Source: Eubacteriales bacterium
GTDB lineage: Bacteria > Bacillota > Clostridia > Oscillospirales > CAG-272
Assembly: GCA_045540115.1 (NCBI GenBank)
Contig: JAZQGR010000041.1
Location: 36,638 to 100,637, forward strand
Length of the DNA stretch: 64,000 nt
Direction of reading: 5' to 3'
The translations under genes were made by a program, and so were the position numbers. A model generated the notes under the pieces. It saw nothing but the letters and a program-made list of their open reading frames with translations. It made no database searches and was not told the origin of the DNA. This document shows, piece after piece, positions 19,349 through 29,689 of this stretch (positions within the stretch are counted from its first letter, which is position 1; the number at the start of each line of letters is the position of its first letter).

Positions 19349-20560
19349 TCAGTTTGTCAAAATGAAATTTTTCACTCTCGGGTGGAAGCAAAGGTAGATC
19401 ATCGGCAATAGCGATATTGTGCTTCCGATCGCGAAGACGATATACAGCGGGAAAAGGTCTCCAAGCACGCCGTAAAGGACGGTTGAAAGTGCCGAGCCGC
19501 CAACGCAGGCAGACTGAACGAAGCCGAGAATTGCTCCGCGGTTATCCTCGGGAAGCGCAAGCATAAGTGACGCGTTGAACACCGCGTTTCCCGCGCAGTT
19601 CATAAACGCTCCGAGGAAGCCGAATATGCACATAATAACGAAGCTTTCGGTCAAGAATGCCAGCACCATAAAGACAACCGAGGAGGTAAAGCTGATCGCC
19701 ATTACCCAGAATCTTGCCTTCGGCTTCAGCTTTATCGCTCCGAGAAGAACAACGCAGATAAGCGACGCTACCGTCGTTATCGACATAAGGTAGCCGTACA
19801 TATCGACCGAAAAACCCTTCTGCATACAAAACGGGAGCATAAGAGAATACGATCCCGCGGAAAGGAAATTGAGTATGATCGCGCAAGGAATGAATATCTT
19901 AAGACACGGCTCGGAAAAAATCGTCTTTACAGCCGATCCCATATCGTGCAAAACGCCCTTTGCCGTTACCGATTCACCTTGACGGAGCGTTTTCGGAACG
20001 CGTATAAAAAGCTCGCTGATCGCGGAATAGAGATTACTTAAGCCATTGATTATTACGATAAGCGGCACGCCGAAAAATGCTACCATTACACCGCTGAACG
20101 CCGTACCGACGGTATTTACAAGCGAGCTTGACGCGGAAAATACCGACTGACCGCGAACCATATCGTCACGCGGAATAATGTCGATAAGAAGCGTGTTCGC
20201 AGCAGGCGAATAAAAGACGCTTCCGAATGATGCGAGGAACGCAGCTGTAAGAACGCCCGCGATGCTCAGCTTATTCGTATAGGCAAAAATACCAACCGTT
20301 AACATAACCGCGCTCTGCATAAGGTCGAGCGAAACCATTACCCATTTGCGGTTCAGCTTGTCTACGATGCTTCCGCAGAACGGCGAGAGGAACATCGTAA
20401 CGAACATCGAGATCGCCGACATAACGCCCATAAGCGCGCTCGAGCCGGTCTTTTCATATACCCAATATCCGATAGCGACGCTATACATAAGGTCGCCGAG
20501 GGTACTGACCGTGCTACCCTGCAGAAGCAGTACGAAATCCTTGTTCCAAAGCTTTTTCAT
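19349..20560 (-). CDS. MFS transporter
   Basis: The 403-aa product has 12 predicted TM segments and MFS-like loops. Confidence 0.75.
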   Translation of the reverse strand: MKKLWNKDFVLLLQGSTVSTLGDLMYSVAIGYWVYEKTGSSALMGVMSAISMFVTMFLSPFCGSIVDKLNRKWVMVSLDLMQSAVMLTVGIFAYTNKLSIAGVLTAAFLASFGSVFYSPAANTLLIDIIPRDDMVRGQSVFSASSSLVNTVGTAFSGVMVAFFGVPLIVIINGLSNLYSAISELFIRVPKTLRQGESVTAKGVLHDMGSAVKTIFSEPCLKIFIPCAIILNFLSAGSYSLMLPFCMQKGFSVDMYGYLMSITTVASLICVVLLGAIKLKPKARFWVMAISFTSSVVFMVLAFLTESFVIMCIFGFLGAFMNCAGNAVFNASLMLALPEDNRGAILGFVQSACVGGSALSTVLYGVLGDLFPLYIVFAIGSTISLLPMIYLCFHPRVKNFILTN

Positions 20561-20666
20561 TAAAGAATCCGTCCCATGTTTTTCATTAACGCCATTATAA
20601 CATAAAGATCAAGCATCTTGTAGACCTTTTTATGACCTCTTGATGCTTGATCTTTACCTGTTAGAT

Positions 20667-21212
20667 TCAGAGTAAGCTTTCGTCGTAAATTGCGCGGATT
20701 CCGCCGATGAACTTCGGGCGGGTACGCGCGGCAACTACAAGCGCCTCTCCGATGTGATCGTTAGTCAGGCGCATAGGAACAGCAACCTTTTTTAGGTGCA
20801 TTCCGATAAGCGTAAGTCCTATATCAAGCCCCGCGTCTGCCTTAATTTCTTCGACAACTACGGGATCGGTAAATGACTTATACGCTTGAGTTGCCATTGA
20901 TCCGCCTGCCTTCGGCTGAGGAATGACGTTCACCGCTTCAAGGTTCGGCACCGCTTCCCTCTCGATTACAACAGCACGGTTAAGATGCTCACAGCACTGA
21001 AACGCAAGATATATTCCCTTTTCCTTTGCAGATTCGTAAAGCGCGGAAAAGACCTCCGCCGCCGCTTCGGGCGCGGAATTGGTTCCGATCCTCGAGCCGA
21101 GTATCTCGCTCGTCGAGCAACCGATTATCAGTATATTTCCCTTTTTTAGCGCCGCCTTCTCGATGATCTCATTCACCGTCAGACGCGCCTCATCGTATAG
21201 TGTTTTGCTCAC
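20667..21212 (-). CDS. DUF436 (TIGR01440) family protein
   Basis: The 181-aa product has conserved IGCSTSE and FQCCEHLNRA motifs. Confidence 0.6.
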   Translation of the reverse strand: MSKTLYDEARLTVNEIIEKAALKKGNILIIGCSTSEILGSRIGTNSAPEAAAEVFSALYESAKEKGIYLAFQCCEHLNRAVVIEREAVPNLEAVNVIPQPKAGGSMATQAYKSFTDPVVVEEIKADAGLDIGLTLIGMHLKKVAVPMRLTNDHIGEALVVAARTRPKFIGGIRAIYDESLL

Positions 21213-21214
21213 TG

Positions 21215-21628
21215 TTATATCTTCCCTCCAAGTGTTTTGAAGCGTGATTCCGACATCACGTTCACGAAGCTCTCGTCAAACTTATTCGCCGAGCGGAATA
21301 TGCCGTCGTCAAGACCTGTTATCACAGTCGGTTTACCCATAATTACGACGATCCTTACGTATTCCTTCGATGGCTTTACGTTTAATATATGTTCCTTTTT
21401 TATACCGTGAACTGCTCCACCTAAACCCATAGCAAGCATAGGAAGCTGTTCCCATTCTATGTAATTGTCAATGCAATTTATAATAGTGCGTTTGTTCGCG
21501 CGCTTTGCCGTAAAATAGACCTCGTAATTCTTGTCGCCGTCACTGAATCTTACAAGATTCATTTTATCAAACGGCGTTGGTACCGACTCGTTTTTTGCAT
21601 TTTTGAAAAGATCGTAGATTTTTGACAT
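21215..21628 (-). CDS. Hypothetical protein
   Basis: ORF with a weak RBS, 3-nt gap to the downstream DUF436 gene; no recognisable family. Confidence 0.4.
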   Translation of the reverse strand: MSKIYDLFKNAKNESVPTPFDKMNLVRFSDGDKNYEVYFTAKRANKRTIINCIDNYIEWEQLPMLAMGLGGAVHGIKKEHILNVKPSKEYVRIVVIMGKPTVITGLDDGIFRSANKFDESFVNVMSESRFKTLGGKI

Positions 21629-21811
21629 AATTGATTCTCTCTTTCGTTTTTCATACAATTAACTCAAGATTCCACAGATTCGCACAAATCCGTCTTTCAC
21701 AATAATTATAACATAACGCCGAACACTTTTCAATATATTTTCCCTCTTGATTTTTTAGTTATTGTTGCTATAATAATTAGTAGCGTTAGTCATCAATAAA
21801 GGAAAGAAAAC

Positions 21812-22324
21812 ATGGAATTTTACATAGCACAGGGAATCAGCGTACTCACATGTATCGTTGCGGTTATAAAGATGCAGTTCAAGGATATGAAAAAGATCCT
21901 TATCGGGCAGATCCTCACGAATCTGCTAACGGCGTTGACTTATCTCCTTCTCGGTGGTCTGTCCGGGGCAGGGATATGCATTATAGCGATCATTCAGACC
22001 TCCGTGATGTATCTTTATAACGTGAAAAGCGTTCCTCCTCACAAGTCCGTTATATTCGGCTTTATTGCCCTGTATATCGCTTGCTCCGCCTTCTATTTCA
22101 CCTCTTTTATCGATGTTATATCGGCAGTTGCCGCAATTTGCTATGCGTTCAGCGTCGCCCAGACAAAGCCTTCACTTTCGCGTCTTTGGTATCTTTTCAA
22201 TCCCCTTTGCTGGCTGATATACGATATCTTTACAAAGGCATACGGAAACTTCATTATGCACATTGTCATCTTTTTATCGACACTATTTGCGATCATTCGT
22301 AACGACATTAAGCGCAAAGCATAA
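21812..22324 (+). CDS. YgjV-like inner-membrane protein
   Basis: The 170-aa product has 5-6 TM helices. AAAGGAAAG RBS. Confidence 0.55.
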   Translation: MEFYIAQGISVLTCIVAVIKMQFKDMKKILIGQILTNLLTALTYLLLGGLSGAGICIIAIIQTSVMYLYNVKSVPPHKSVIFGFIALYIACSAFYFTSFIDVISAVAAICYAFSVAQTKPSLSRLWYLFNPLCWLIYDIFTKAYGNFIMHIVIFLSTLFAIIRNDIKRKA

Positions 22325-22325
22325 G

Positions 22326-22352
22326 AAAAGACACCCTCTCGGGTGTCTTTTT
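22326..22352. terminator. Intrinsic terminator (copy 1 of an identical 27-nt hairpin)
   Basis: AAAAGACACCCTCTCGGGTGTCTTTTT, identical to the hairpin at 25256. Confidence 0.7.
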
Positions 22353-22353
22353 A

Positions 22354-23718
22354 TTACCTTGCAACATCTCTTGCCACGTGAACGCCGCTTGCCGACGCAT
22401 GAGAAAGAGAATGTGTTATGCCGCTTCCGTCACCGATAATATAGAGTCCCGGATAGCAGGATTCGAGCTTGTCGTTAACCTCGACCTCCATGTTGTAGAA
22501 CTTGACCTCGACGCCGTAAAGAAGCGTATCGTCATTTGCCGTACCCGGCGCGACCTTGTCAAGCGCGTATATCATCTCTATGATGCCGTCAAGCAGACGC
22601 TTCGGCAGAACGAGGCTCAGGTCGCCCGGAGTCGCCTGAAGAGTCGGCGCAAAGAAGGAATCGCCCATTCGGTTCGGAGTTGAGCGCTGACCGCGGATAA
22701 GATCCCCGAAGCGCTGAACGATGACTCCGCCGCCGAGCATATTGCTTAAACGCGCGATAGATTCGCCGTAGCCGTTTGAATCCTTGAAGGGCTCGGAAAA
22801 GTGCTTGGCAACAAGTAGCGCAAAATTGGTGTTTTCGGTCTGAAGCGCGGGATCCTCGTAGCTATGACCGTTTACGGTAATTATTCCGTTTGTATTCTCG
22901 TTAACGACAGCGCCGCGGGGATTCATACAGAACGTGCGGACCTTGTCTCCGTACTGCTTCGTGCGGTAAACGATCTTGCTCTCGTACAGCTCGTCGGTCA
23001 GATGCGCAAACACCGCCGCAGGAAGCTCTACTCGGACACCGATATCGACGCGGTTTGATTTCGTCGGTATTTTCAGGTCGTTACATACATTTTCCATCCA
23101 CTTGCTTCCGATTCTGCCGACAGATACGATGCATTTTTCACATTCGCAAGCTGTGCCGTTATACTTTACAGCATAGCCGCCGTCGATGACCTCAATTGAA
23201 TCGACGGGTGTGTCGAAGAAGAAGTCGACCTTTTTTTCAAGATACGCGTAGAGATTTTCAAGAACAACGTAATTCTTATCGGTACCGAGGTGACGAACAG
23301 AGGCGTCAAGCAGATGCAGACCGTTCTGAATGCAAAGAGTCTTGAAGCGAGTGCCGGCGGTTGAGTACAGCTTTGTTCCCTCTCCGCCGTATTTCAGGTT
23401 GATCTCGTCAACGTAGTGCATAAGATCAAGCGCCTGCTTCTTGCCGATATACTCGTATAGCGTGCCGCCAAAATCGTTTGTTATATTGTATTTTCCGTCC
23501 GAGAAAGCTCCCGCACCGCCGAAGCCGCTCATTATTGAACAGCTCTTACATCCGATACAGGTCTTGATCTTCTCGCCGTCGATAGGACAATGGCGTTTAT
23601 TTAGCGCGTGTCCCGCTTCAAAAACGGCGACCTTTAATTCAGGTTTGAGCTGCATAAGCTCATACGCCGCAAAAATTCCGCCGGGGCCTGCGCCGATGAT
23701 TATAACGTCATATTTCAT
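22354..23718 (-). CDS. FAD-dependent oxidoreductase-like protein (COG2509-type)
   Basis: Start at MKYDVIIIGAGPGG (Rossmann GxGxxG) with a GGAGGAATTAAT RBS. The track's longer start adds a hydrophobic leader with no RBS. Confidence 0.7.
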   Translation of the reverse strand: MKYDVIIIGAGPGGIFAAYELMQLKPELKVAVFEAGHALNKRHCPIDGEKIKTCIGCKSCSIMSGFGGAGAFSDGKYNITNDFGGTLYEYIGKKQALDLMHYVDEINLKYGGEGTKLYSTAGTRFKTLCIQNGLHLLDASVRHLGTDKNYVVLENLYAYLEKKVDFFFDTPVDSIEVIDGGYAVKYNGTACECEKCIVSVGRIGSKWMENVCNDLKIPTKSNRVDIGVRVELPAAVFAHLTDELYESKIVYRTKQYGDKVRTFCMNPRGAVVNENTNGIITVNGHSYEDPALQTENTNFALLVAKHFSEPFKDSNGYGESIARLSNMLGGGVIVQRFGDLIRGQRSTPNRMGDSFFAPTLQATPGDLSLVLPKRLLDGIIEMIYALDKVAPGTANDDTLLYGVEVKFYNMEVEVNDKLESCYPGLYIIGDGSGITHSLSHASASGVHVARDVAR

Positions 23719-23881
23719 ATTAATTCCTCCATAAATCGCACTTATTGAATGCGCAACCGATATATTATACCATATTTTTTTTGAAAAGTAAAGAAAAGCG
23801 CAAAATATAATTATTATAAGTATTGAAATAAGATGGAAAATGGAGTAAAATAAGAGCAGATAACTAAGTGAGGTTTCCAAT

Positions 23882-25249
23882 ATGCTTTCATGTGACACTA
23901 TGCTTGTGAGCAGTGCTTGCTCGCGCTACGGCAAAAATATTCTCGCAAAAAACAGCGACCGCCCGACAGGCGAGCCTCAGCCTCTTTGCTTTTATCCCGG
24001 CAAGGAATATCCGGAGGGCGCAACTGTAAAGACGACCTACGTAACGCTTCCGCAGGTTCGCAAGACCTACTCGGTCGTTGGCTCAAGACCATATTGGATC
24101 TGGGGCTTCGAGATGGGATATAACGAGAATGGCGTTATCATCGGCAACGAGGCGGAGGACTCAAGAATGGAGCCCGAGGCTTCCGACGGTATGCTCGGCA
24201 TGGATCTTTTGCGTCTTGCCCTTGAACGCTCAGTAAATGCTCGCGAGGCGATAGAGGTCATAACCTCCCTGCTAAAAATCTACGGTCAAAAGGCAAATGC
24301 GAGCGCCCTCACACAGCGCACCTACGAAAACACCTTCAATATAGTCGACAAAGACGAGTGCTGGGTTCTCGAGACCGCAGGCCGCGAATGGGTCGCAAAG
24401 CAGATAAAGACAATGCGTGGAGTATCAAACTGCTACTCGATCGGGACAGATTTCGATATGCTTTCTGAAAACGCCGAAAGGATCGCAAGAGAAAAACGTT
24501 TCCTTTCTCCCGACGAGCCATTTGACTTCGCAAAGGCATATTCCGGCAGATCGATAAGACAGCCTCTCGGAGTGCCGAGATTCCGCCGTCTCAACAAGCT
24601 GCTTTCAGAAAACGAGATGCACGACTATTCCTCCCTTTCAGCCATTCTGCGCGACCATTTCGAGGGCGAGCTCATCGAACCGCGCTTCGGCGCGACCGCG
24701 GGCACGTTTTTGAGCATCTGTATGCACATGCGCGATTGGGGTGAAATCGAGACCTCCGCTTCCCTTCTGGCAAGATATGACGACACCGTCGGAATTATCG
24801 CGCGTTATGCGCCCGCTCAGCCCTGCCTTTCGGCTTATATTCCCGTGTATATGGTTGGCAAGCTTCCGGAAAGAATGCAGGCGGCAGAACGAAAATTTGA
24901 TGGTAGTTCCCTTTGGTGGCAGGTCAAGCTACTCAGCTTGCTCGTCGCCGTTGACGAAGATAGATTTGCTTCCGAGATAAGAGAGAAGCTAAGCGCTCTC
25001 GAAGCACAATTTGCCGATATGGCAGAAAAAGCCGAGCAGCAAGCTGCCGAGCTTATATTGAACGGCAAACGCGCGGAAGCAAACGAGCTTCTTTCCGCCG
25101 TGACAAACGAATGCACGGAGCTTCTTTACAGCCTCGCAAAAGCCGAAAACAAGCGACTTTCCGGCACGATCAAGGAAAAAGGCGGTCTCTACGGCAGACA
25201 AAAAGAGGTTATTGAGAAATACTTCGAATATGCGGATATTCAATTATAA
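23882..25249 (+). CDS. Ntn-hydrolase, peptidase C69 (dipeptidase)-like
   Basis: N-terminal MLSCDTMLVSS...AKNSDRP resembles the C69 nucleophile region (CTTILVG...ARNEDS). The length of 455 aa fits the family. Confidence 0.55.
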   Translation: MLSCDTMLVSSACSRYGKNILAKNSDRPTGEPQPLCFYPGKEYPEGATVKTTYVTLPQVRKTYSVVGSRPYWIWGFEMGYNENGVIIGNEAEDSRMEPEASDGMLGMDLLRLALERSVNAREAIEVITSLLKIYGQKANASALTQRTYENTFNIVDKDECWVLETAGREWVAKQIKTMRGVSNCYSIGTDFDMLSENAERIAREKRFLSPDEPFDFAKAYSGRSIRQPLGVPRFRRLNKLLSENEMHDYSSLSAILRDHFEGELIEPRFGATAGTFLSICMHMRDWGEIETSASLLARYDDTVGIIARYAPAQPCLSAYIPVYMVGKLPERMQAAERKFDGSSLWWQVKLLSLLVAVDEDRFASEIREKLSALEAQFADMAEKAEQQAAELILNGKRAEANELLSAVTNECTELLYSLAKAENKRLSGTIKEKGGLYGRQKEVIEKYFEYADIQL

Positions 25250-25255
25250 ATTGCA

Positions 25256-25286
25256 AAAAGACACCCTCTCGGGTGTCTTTTTTGGT
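25256..25286. terminator. Intrinsic terminator (copy 2 of the identical 27-nt hairpin)
   Basis: AAAAAGACACCCTCTCGGGTGTCTTTTTTGG. Confidence 0.7.
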
Positions 25287-25298
25287 GTTCAATAATCA

Positions 25299-26870
25299 TT
25301 ATCTCTTCCAGCAGTATCCCAAATTTGATGAGATAAGCCGTTTCGCGTTTTCGCTCGGATCGGTAACGTCAAGCTCGGTTCCGACCTTATCAGATATGAG
25401 TGAATAGTATCGCCAGCCCGCCGTGTTTTCAAATTCCACACTTGACAAAGCCATACTGTACATGAATGCATCAGTATCAATATAATTCACTTTTGCTGGG
25501 ATAACAACACTCTTTAGCGCTATACATTTACTGAATGCGTACGATCCTATGCTTGTAATATCACTCGGAAGAGCTATACTTTCAAGCGCAGAACAACCGC
25601 TAAACAGCCCATCCGAAATCACCTTAATGTTTTCGGGTATTTTCACAGATCTGAGTTTTGAGCAATTTTTGAATACATCATTACCCAATTCGGAAAGAGT
25701 GCTTGGAAGGGTTACATTTTCTAAGCTTGTGCAATGCATGAACACGCCCTCCTCAATGCTTACAACCTTCTCGGGAAGTCTAACGGACGTCAGCGCCTTG
25801 CATCCGAAGAATGCCATCTGTCCGATTCTTGTTACACCGTCGGGAATGTCAATGCTTTCAAGCTTTTCACAGAAAAAGAACATATTGCTTTCGATAACCG
25901 TCAAATCTTTCGGCAACTTTACGCTTTTAAGCTCAGAACAGCTTTGGAACAGGCTACCACCAATGCTTTTAACACTGTCCGGAATTACCATGCTCGTGAG
26001 CGACTTACATTCGGAAAAGGCGTGATTCTTGATAAAGACAGTGTTTTCGTTGATATCATAAGTTGTCTTCGATACGTCTTTCGGTCCCATAAGAAGAAGG
26101 TACGGATTGTCGGCGCTGCCTAAATAATATATACCCTTATACTCATTACAGCTGTCTTTGATAGCATCACACATGATAAACGCACCGTTTCCGAGCTCTG
26201 AAAGTCCGCTTGGAAGCGTTATGCTTTGGAGATTCAGGCAATAATAGAATGCTCGGTCTTTAATGGAAACGACGGTATCGGGGATCCTGATGCTGAAAAG
26301 ACCAATCGTGGAATAAAAAGCCTCTTCACCGATAGCCGTAACGATGTCTCCTTCAGGCGATGTCTCGGGAATAACTATATTTTCACTTGTGCAGCTTCCG
26401 ATTCCCGAAACGTAGCAGGTTCCGTCGCCGTTCGAGGTGAAGCTCAAGCCGACGCTCGCTACGGGCGCGCCGCAGATTACACACACATTATTTTTGTATT
26501 GATGACTTTTTGCCGGCAGCTTCGCGTTTGTGCGACTGATCTCTTCTCCGCAAAGCGAGCAGTAAACGACTTTTTCACAGCTGCCGCTTGTACTGCAGGT
26601 TGGCTCCGTTTTGTTTTCCTCGACCGCATCCGACGGAACGTGAATCCCGGATATCGGAATGACCTTCTGAGCGACGAGCACCTCTCCGCATTTGGCACAA
26701 TGACTACCTCTGGTAAGTCCGGTGCTTGTGCAGGTCGCCATCACGCGTTCGTCAGTTACGACCTTGTGCTTACATTCACTGTTTCTGCCTTTGCCGCAGG
26801 ACGAAAGTGTCAATAACGCCATCGCGACCGCAAGACATACAGCCACCGAAAACTTTTTGATATTCATTTT
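25299..26870 (-). CDS. Secreted lipoprotein with Cys/His-rich repeats and BspA-type leucine-rich repeats
   Basis: Lipobox (LTLSSC). Two to three C..H...C...C..CG repeats, then LRR_5-like repeats (IPDTVVSIKDRAFYYCLNLQSITLP...). Start at MNIKKF with an AAGGAGTT RBS. Confidence 0.75.
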   Translation of the reverse strand, partial: KMNIKKFSVAVCLAVAMALLTLSSCGKGRNSECKHKVVTDERVMATCTSTGLTRGSHCAKCGEVLVAQKVIPISGIHVPSDAVEENKTEPTCSTSGSCEKVVYCSLCGEEISRTNAKLPAKSHQYKNNVCVICGAPVASVGLSFTSNGDGTCYVSGIGSCTSENIVIPETSPEGDIVTAIGEEAFYSTIGLFSIRIPDTVVSIKDRAFYYCLNLQSITLPSGLSELGNGAFIMCDAIKDSCNEYKGIYYLGSADNPYLLLMGPKDVSKTTYDINENTVFIKNHAFSECKSLTSMVIPDSVKSIGGSLFQSCSELKSVKLPKDLTVIESNMFFFCEKLESIDIPDGVTRIGQMAFFGCKALTSVRLPEKVVSIEEGVFMHCTSLENVTLPSTLSELGNDVFKNCSKLRSVKIPENIKVISDGLFSGCSALESIALPSDITSIGSYAFSKCIALKSVVIPAKVNYIDTDAFMYSMALSSVEFENTAGWRYYSLISDKVGTELDVTDPSENAKRLISSNLGYCWKR

Positions 26871-26939
26871 AAACTCCTTCATATAAACAAGCTTCAAAAT
26901 TGCGTCCATATTTATGTTATATCATAAAACAAAGATAAT

Positions 26940-27764
26940 TCAGTATCGCTCTTCGCCCGTATTATTGCCGAGCTGATAGAAAGCAACGGCTGAAGCTGCG
27001 GCGACGTTCAGCGAATCAACTCCGTGATACATCGGTATTTTTACCGTATAATCACAGTCGGATATGGTCTTGTCGGAAAGCCCGTCGCCCTCATTTCCCA
27101 TAATGATGGCAAGCTTTTCTTCTGCCATCAACTCAGGATCGTTTATCGAAACAGAATCATCCTTCAGCGCCATAGCGACGGTCTTGAAGCCCAGCTCCTT
27201 GATCTCATCAAGTGTCTCATTCTCCAAAAATGTCCATTCGATCTGAAAGACTGTTCCCATGCTGACTCTTGCCGCGCGCCTGTATAAAGGGTCAGAGCAA
27301 CCCGGAGTAAGCAGCACCGCGTCCATTCCGAGTGCCGCCGCAGAACGGATTATTGCGCCGACATTCGTCGGATTCATGACCTTGTCGAGAACCACTATCC
27401 TGCTTTTGTTTTCGCAGATCTCCTTCACCTTAGGGAGCGGCTTTCTTCTCATTGCACACAGCATTCCTCTTGTGAGCTTAAAGCCCGTGAGCTGAGTCAG
27501 AACGTCAAATTCGGCGCAAAAAACGGGAACGCCGTTTATTCTTTCGAGAACGTTCTTTCCCTCGCCATCTATGTGTCTTTTTTCCATAACGCACGAGATA
27601 GGCTCGTACCCTGCGTCAAGTGCACGCTCGATGACCTTCGGGCTTTCCGCAATAAACATCCCCTTTTCGGGGAACTCTCTGTTGAGCAACTGAACCTCAC
27701 TCAAACGCGCATATACGTCAAGCTCGGGGGCAAGGAAATCTTTAATTTCTTTAACGTTGTTCAT
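26940..27764 (-). CDS. SpoU/TrmH-family RNA 2'-O-methyltransferase
   Basis: SPOUT motifs (VVLDKVMNPTNVGAIIRSAAALG, IIMGNEGDGLS, SLNVAAASAV). Confidence 0.8.
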   Translation of the reverse strand: MNNVKEIKDFLAPELDVYARLSEVQLLNREFPEKGMFIAESPKVIERALDAGYEPISCVMEKRHIDGEGKNVLERINGVPVFCAEFDVLTQLTGFKLTRGMLCAMRRKPLPKVKEICENKSRIVVLDKVMNPTNVGAIIRSAAALGMDAVLLTPGCSDPLYRRAARVSMGTVFQIEWTFLENETLDEIKELGFKTVAMALKDDSVSINDPELMAEEKLAIIMGNEGDGLSDKTISDCDYTVKIPMYHGVDSLNVAAASAVAFYQLGNNTGEERY

Positions 27765-27795
27765 ATATGTTAAGTTTTTTCACCGTCTTTAATGA

Positions 27796-28587
27796 TTATT
27801 TCGTTTTGAGCAGCTCCGCCTTCTTATATTCAACCTCGTCTGCCAGACGCCTTGCCGCAATCGAAGCGCGGCGGTAGAACTCGTCGGCGCCCATATCAAT
27901 ATAGGCTTGATTGCGTCGTGCCATCGTTTCAAGCATAAGCGATTTGCCGTAATTTGCCTTTGCAATTTCGGTCGTGACTCTGTCAAAATCAATGGTTCCG
28001 TCGTAGGGGATCATATGCTCATCCTCGTCGTGAACGCAGTGGTTATCGTGAACGTGAAGCGCCGCGAGTCTATCCGCAAAGAGTGGCATATACTGCCTAC
28101 CGTGGGTATACGCCTTTTCGTGTCCGACGTCCCAGCAAAAGCCCGCTTCCTTGTATCTCTCGAAAATGCAGGCAAGATTTCCGAGCATTGACAGGTTTTC
28201 GTAAGCTATCGTGACACCGCTTTCCTTTGCCGCCGCCATAAGCTCGGCAAATCGGGAAAATCCGAGATCTGTAACCTGCTTTTGCGCCATCGACATATGT
28301 ACGATAAGGGTATCAACCGCGTGTCTTTTACAAGCGTCAACCGCCAGAAGAAGCTCGTTCAGCATCTCTTCACCTTGAGGAGTATTGTCCCAGATATCGT
28401 TAATATGCGAAAAGGGCGCGTGATAATTTTCGACCTCAATACCGTATTGCTTGCTCAATTCCATCATTTCGTCAAGTTGCGGCGAATGCGCGGCGCAGAA
28501 GGTAGCATCGAAGCCGTGCTTCTTCAAAAGCTTGAATTGCTCCTCGATCGGACATTGGAAAGCGTTCATTTGAATTCCTATCTTCAT
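27796..28587 (-). CDS. Sugar phosphate isomerase/epimerase (xylose-isomerase-like TIM barrel)
   Basis: The 263-aa product matches the AP endonuclease 2 / xylose isomerase-like fold with conserved His/Glu/Asp positions. Confidence 0.65.
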   Translation of the reverse strand: MKIGIQMNAFQCPIEEQFKLLKKHGFDATFCAAHSPQLDEMMELSKQYGIEVENYHAPFSHINDIWDNTPQGEEMLNELLLAVDACKRHAVDTLIVHMSMAQKQVTDLGFSRFAELMAAAKESGVTIAYENLSMLGNLACIFERYKEAGFCWDVGHEKAYTHGRQYMPLFADRLAALHVHDNHCVHDEDEHMIPYDGTIDFDRVTTEIAKANYGKSLMLETMARRNQAYIDMGADEFYRRASIAARRLADEVEYKKAELLKTK

Positions 28588-28647
28588 CTTTTTTCCTCTT
28601 TCTCTTACAATAATTTTGTTAATTCATTATAGCGCTTTGCAGCAGTC

Positions 28648-29586
28648 TCAGACATGATCCCTCTTCATCTCGGCGCTGATTACTCCGTCATTTACGTTAA
28701 GCCTGCATACTCTTGCTGTGCGGGTGTCTTCATTCTCGCCCGTTGGCTCTGCACCGATATCGCGTCCGTGATAATAAGCGTAATACTTGCCGTCATGCTT
28801 TATGACGCTGTGGTGCCCCGTTCCCTCTTCAAAGGAATTATGGAAAATTACAGGATTGAAGCCGCCGTTCTTTTTGACCTTTGCAAATTCCACCTTGGCA
28901 AGATCCTGTTCTTTGCTTTTCGATACTGCATATCCGACGTGATAGCTTTGATCCTGATAGCAACCGCCACTATACATAAGATACTGGTATTCACCGTCCG
29001 CAAACCAAAACGGTCCCTCGATCGTATGCCACTTCAAGCCTTCCGTACAGTCGGGAGGAAACGTTTCCTCGTCAAGATCGGGAATCACCTTTTCGACAGG
29101 AGCATATGCAGGAGTATATGGATCTATCAGCCGATCAACGAAAATGCGTGTTCCGAGCCGTTCGCCATAATAATCAGGCACGTATTTGTTTTTGGCGTAG
29201 AAAAGAAACAGTCCTGCCTCGGTTTCAACAGCATGCGAATCGATAGAAAACTCCGAATAGAGCATTTTTTCGTTTTCAAACGGTCCAAGCGGAGAATCGG
29301 CTTCCGCCACGTGCATAAACTGACGGCACTCTCCGCGTTCAAAGGAAAGATACATGTAGTATTTGCCGCGATATTTTATTACCGACGGCGCCCAATAGTC
29401 CTTTGCACCGTCAAACCTCGCAGCGATTCCCGCGTAATGCCACTGTCCGAAAGGATCGTTGGCAGTATAAACAGGAACGCCCTCGACTCCGAAAGCATTT
29501 GAAGCGTATAAATAATACGTATCTCCGTCCTTGAACACAAAAGGATCGGCATGACTCTTATGCTCCGTATCAAATATGAGCTTCAT
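28648..29586 (-). CDS. GH43-like glycoside hydrolase (5-bladed beta-propeller)
   Basis: N-terminal ADPFVFKDGDTYYLYAS is typical of the GH43 catalytic-base region. Confidence 0.6.
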   Translation of the reverse strand: MKLIFDTEHKSHADPFVFKDGDTYYLYASNAFGVEGVPVYTANDPFGQWHYAGIAARFDGAKDYWAPSVIKYRGKYYMYLSFERGECRQFMHVAEADSPLGPFENEKMLYSEFSIDSHAVETEAGLFLFYAKNKYVPDYYGERLGTRIFVDRLIDPYTPAYAPVEKVIPDLDEETFPPDCTEGLKWHTIEGPFWFADGEYQYLMYSGGCYQDQSYHVGYAVSKSKEQDLAKVEFAKVKKNGGFNPVIFHNSFEEGTGHHSVIKHDGKYYAYYHGRDIGAEPTGENEDTRTARVCRLNVNDGVISAEMKRDHV

Positions 29587-29689
29587 ATTTGTTTCCCCCT
29601 TGAATAATTATTCGCGCATTATCATTGCTATTATAACACATAACGACAATACTTTCAACATAAACTTTGTATTAAATAATTCGCTACGT

